From Thermoanaerobaculia bacterium (GTDB lineage: Bacteria; Acidobacteriota; Thermoanaerobaculia; UBA5066; Gp7-AA6): a DNA stretch of 64,000 nt. The DNA lies in the NCBI GenBank assembly GCA_038229875.1, contig JBBROA010000001.1, forward strand, positions 1,955 through 65,954, given 5' to 3'. Under the pieces are notes generated by a model that did not search any database, was not told the origin of the DNA, and saw only the letters and a list, made by a program, of their open reading frames with translations. How positions within the stretch are numbered: position 1 is the first letter of the stretch; the number at the start of each line of letters is the position of its first letter. The translations under genes were made by a program, and so were the position numbers. This document shows, in pieces, positions 63,101 to 64,000 of this stretch.

Positions 63101-64000
63101 CTAGGCGGCCTTTTTCACGACCCGCAGCGGCTTCGGATCGGACTGTTTCGCCGGCTTTGCGGTGCTCGCCTTCGCGTCCGGCTTCGAGTCCCCCTTCTTC
63201 GGGCCTTTACCGCTGTGGAACAGCTCCTGGTCGAAGCCCGGCAGGATCGCGCGGATGAACGCGTTCTGGAAAAGCCGCACCAGGACTTCCCACGTGTTCG
63301 ACTTGGGGTTGCTGACCGGTCCGGAGAGCTTCGCCTTCGTGGCGACTTCGTCGCGTCGGTTTTCGAGGAGTTTCGCGACTCCGCCGACCAAACGCTCGTA
63401 GAGCTTTTTGAAAATGCTCTTGTCCTTGTCCTGTCGCTTGTCGTAGACCTGCATGTCTTTGAAGAGCGGCTTGATGTAGCCTTCGATCTGCCCGTTCTTG
63501 ATTCGCAACTCCGTGTAGAACGAGAACACGCCGGCGACGACGTCGAACTTCCCATAGGTGCGCAGGATGTCGTTCATCGTCGTCATCTGCGTGCCCTCGA
63601 TGGCGACGTTGAGGTCGAAGTCCGGTCCGTTTTTCTCGGGGCGGAACGTGGCGGAGGCCTTCGTCACGCCGCTACCCATTAACTTGCCGGTAAGCCGCGC
63701 GATGGCGGGCCCCTGGACGAACTGGTTCGAGAGGTTCGTCACCGTGAGATGCGTACCGGAGAGAAAGGCCCGGTAACCGGGGTCCTTCGCCCTGTTGACG
63801 TAACCGATGTTGCTGTCGGAGATCTCGAGCTTTTCGAGGTTCAGGATCAGGTCCGACCGGTTGGAGGCTTTTTTCGCCGCCGTCGCGACCTTTTCCTTCC
63901 GAGCCGTCTCCTCTCCGGCGGTGGCGGCCGTATGGATGTAGTCGAGGCGCATGCCGCGGATCGTCAAGTCGGCGACCCGGACGTTCTTCGCCTTTGGCGC
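63101..64000 (-). CDS. DUF748/AsmA-like protein, C-terminal part (gene continues beyond window end)
   Basis: The frame is open to position 64000. LNLEKLEISDSNIGYVNRAKDPGYRAFLSGTHLTVTNLSNQF and VVAGVFSFYTELRIKNGQIEGYIKPLFKDMQVYD fit the DUF748 pattern as I recall it. Confidence 0.6.
   Translation of the reverse strand, partial: APKAKNVRVADLTIRGMRLDYIHTAATAGEETARKEKVATAAKKASNRSDLILNLEKLEISDSNIGYVNRAKDPGYRAFLSGTHLTVTNLSNQFVQGPAIARLTGKLMGSGVTKASATFRPEKNGPDFDLNVAIEGTQMTTMNDILRTYGKFDVVAGVFSFYTELRIKNGQIEGYIKPLFKDMQVYDKRQDKDKSIFKKLYERLVGGVAKLLENRRDEVATKAKLSGPVSNPKSNTWEVLVRLFQNAFIRAILPGFDQELFHSGKGPKKGDSKPDAKASTAKPAKQSDPKPLRVVKKAA

Noticed and set aside
1-64000. A search by eye for tRNA, rRNA, CRISPR arrays, integrases, transposases and prophage genes.
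   Set aside because: None were recognised. This is a visual scan only, so tRNAscan, Infernal and ISfinder searches would be needed to confirm their absence.

Overview
High-GC (roughly 68-70 %) bacterial chromosomal segment. The gene content (CarboxypepD_reg-type TonB-dependent receptor, DUF2911, many exported M28 peptidases, two-gene egtBD) suggests an Acidobacteriota-like organism; that lineage call is inference only. I call about 53 protein genes. I saw no rRNA, tRNA, CRISPR array, integrase or transposase.

Main themes:
1. A dispersed, PTS-independent peptidoglycan / amino-sugar scavenging set. It comprises a translationally coupled nagZ - SSS permease - AmiE-like::NamZ fusion operon, ampG, a Tat-exported LD-carboxypeptidase, a BadF-type sugar kinase - YdjC/ChbG deacetylase - nagB cluster, and murQ.
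2. A GH2 - galT - galK - GT1 string, plus a eukaryote-type UDP-galactopyranose mutase elsewhere in the window.
3. An EVE - rtcB - small Cys-rich protein - GIY-YIG-like cluster, preceded by a perfect (AACGCTC)x7 array.
4. An uncharacterised ~105-aa C-terminal module present three times, twice in tandem on a 907-aa beta-propeller protein.
5. A heavy load of exported peptidases, one of which is interrupted by an in-frame TAG.
6. A 50-aa BmtA-type metallothionein gene missing from the ORF track, sitting next to a poly-Asp/Glu protein - DUF2892/SRPBCC - Zn-ADH operon.
7. Short tandem repeats (7-, 6- and 15-mers) and a 43-nt repeated palindromic element in intergenic DNA.

Many long ORFs in the track are alternate-frame or antisense artefacts of the high GC content. 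All family assignments come from motif recognition by eye; no database was searched.
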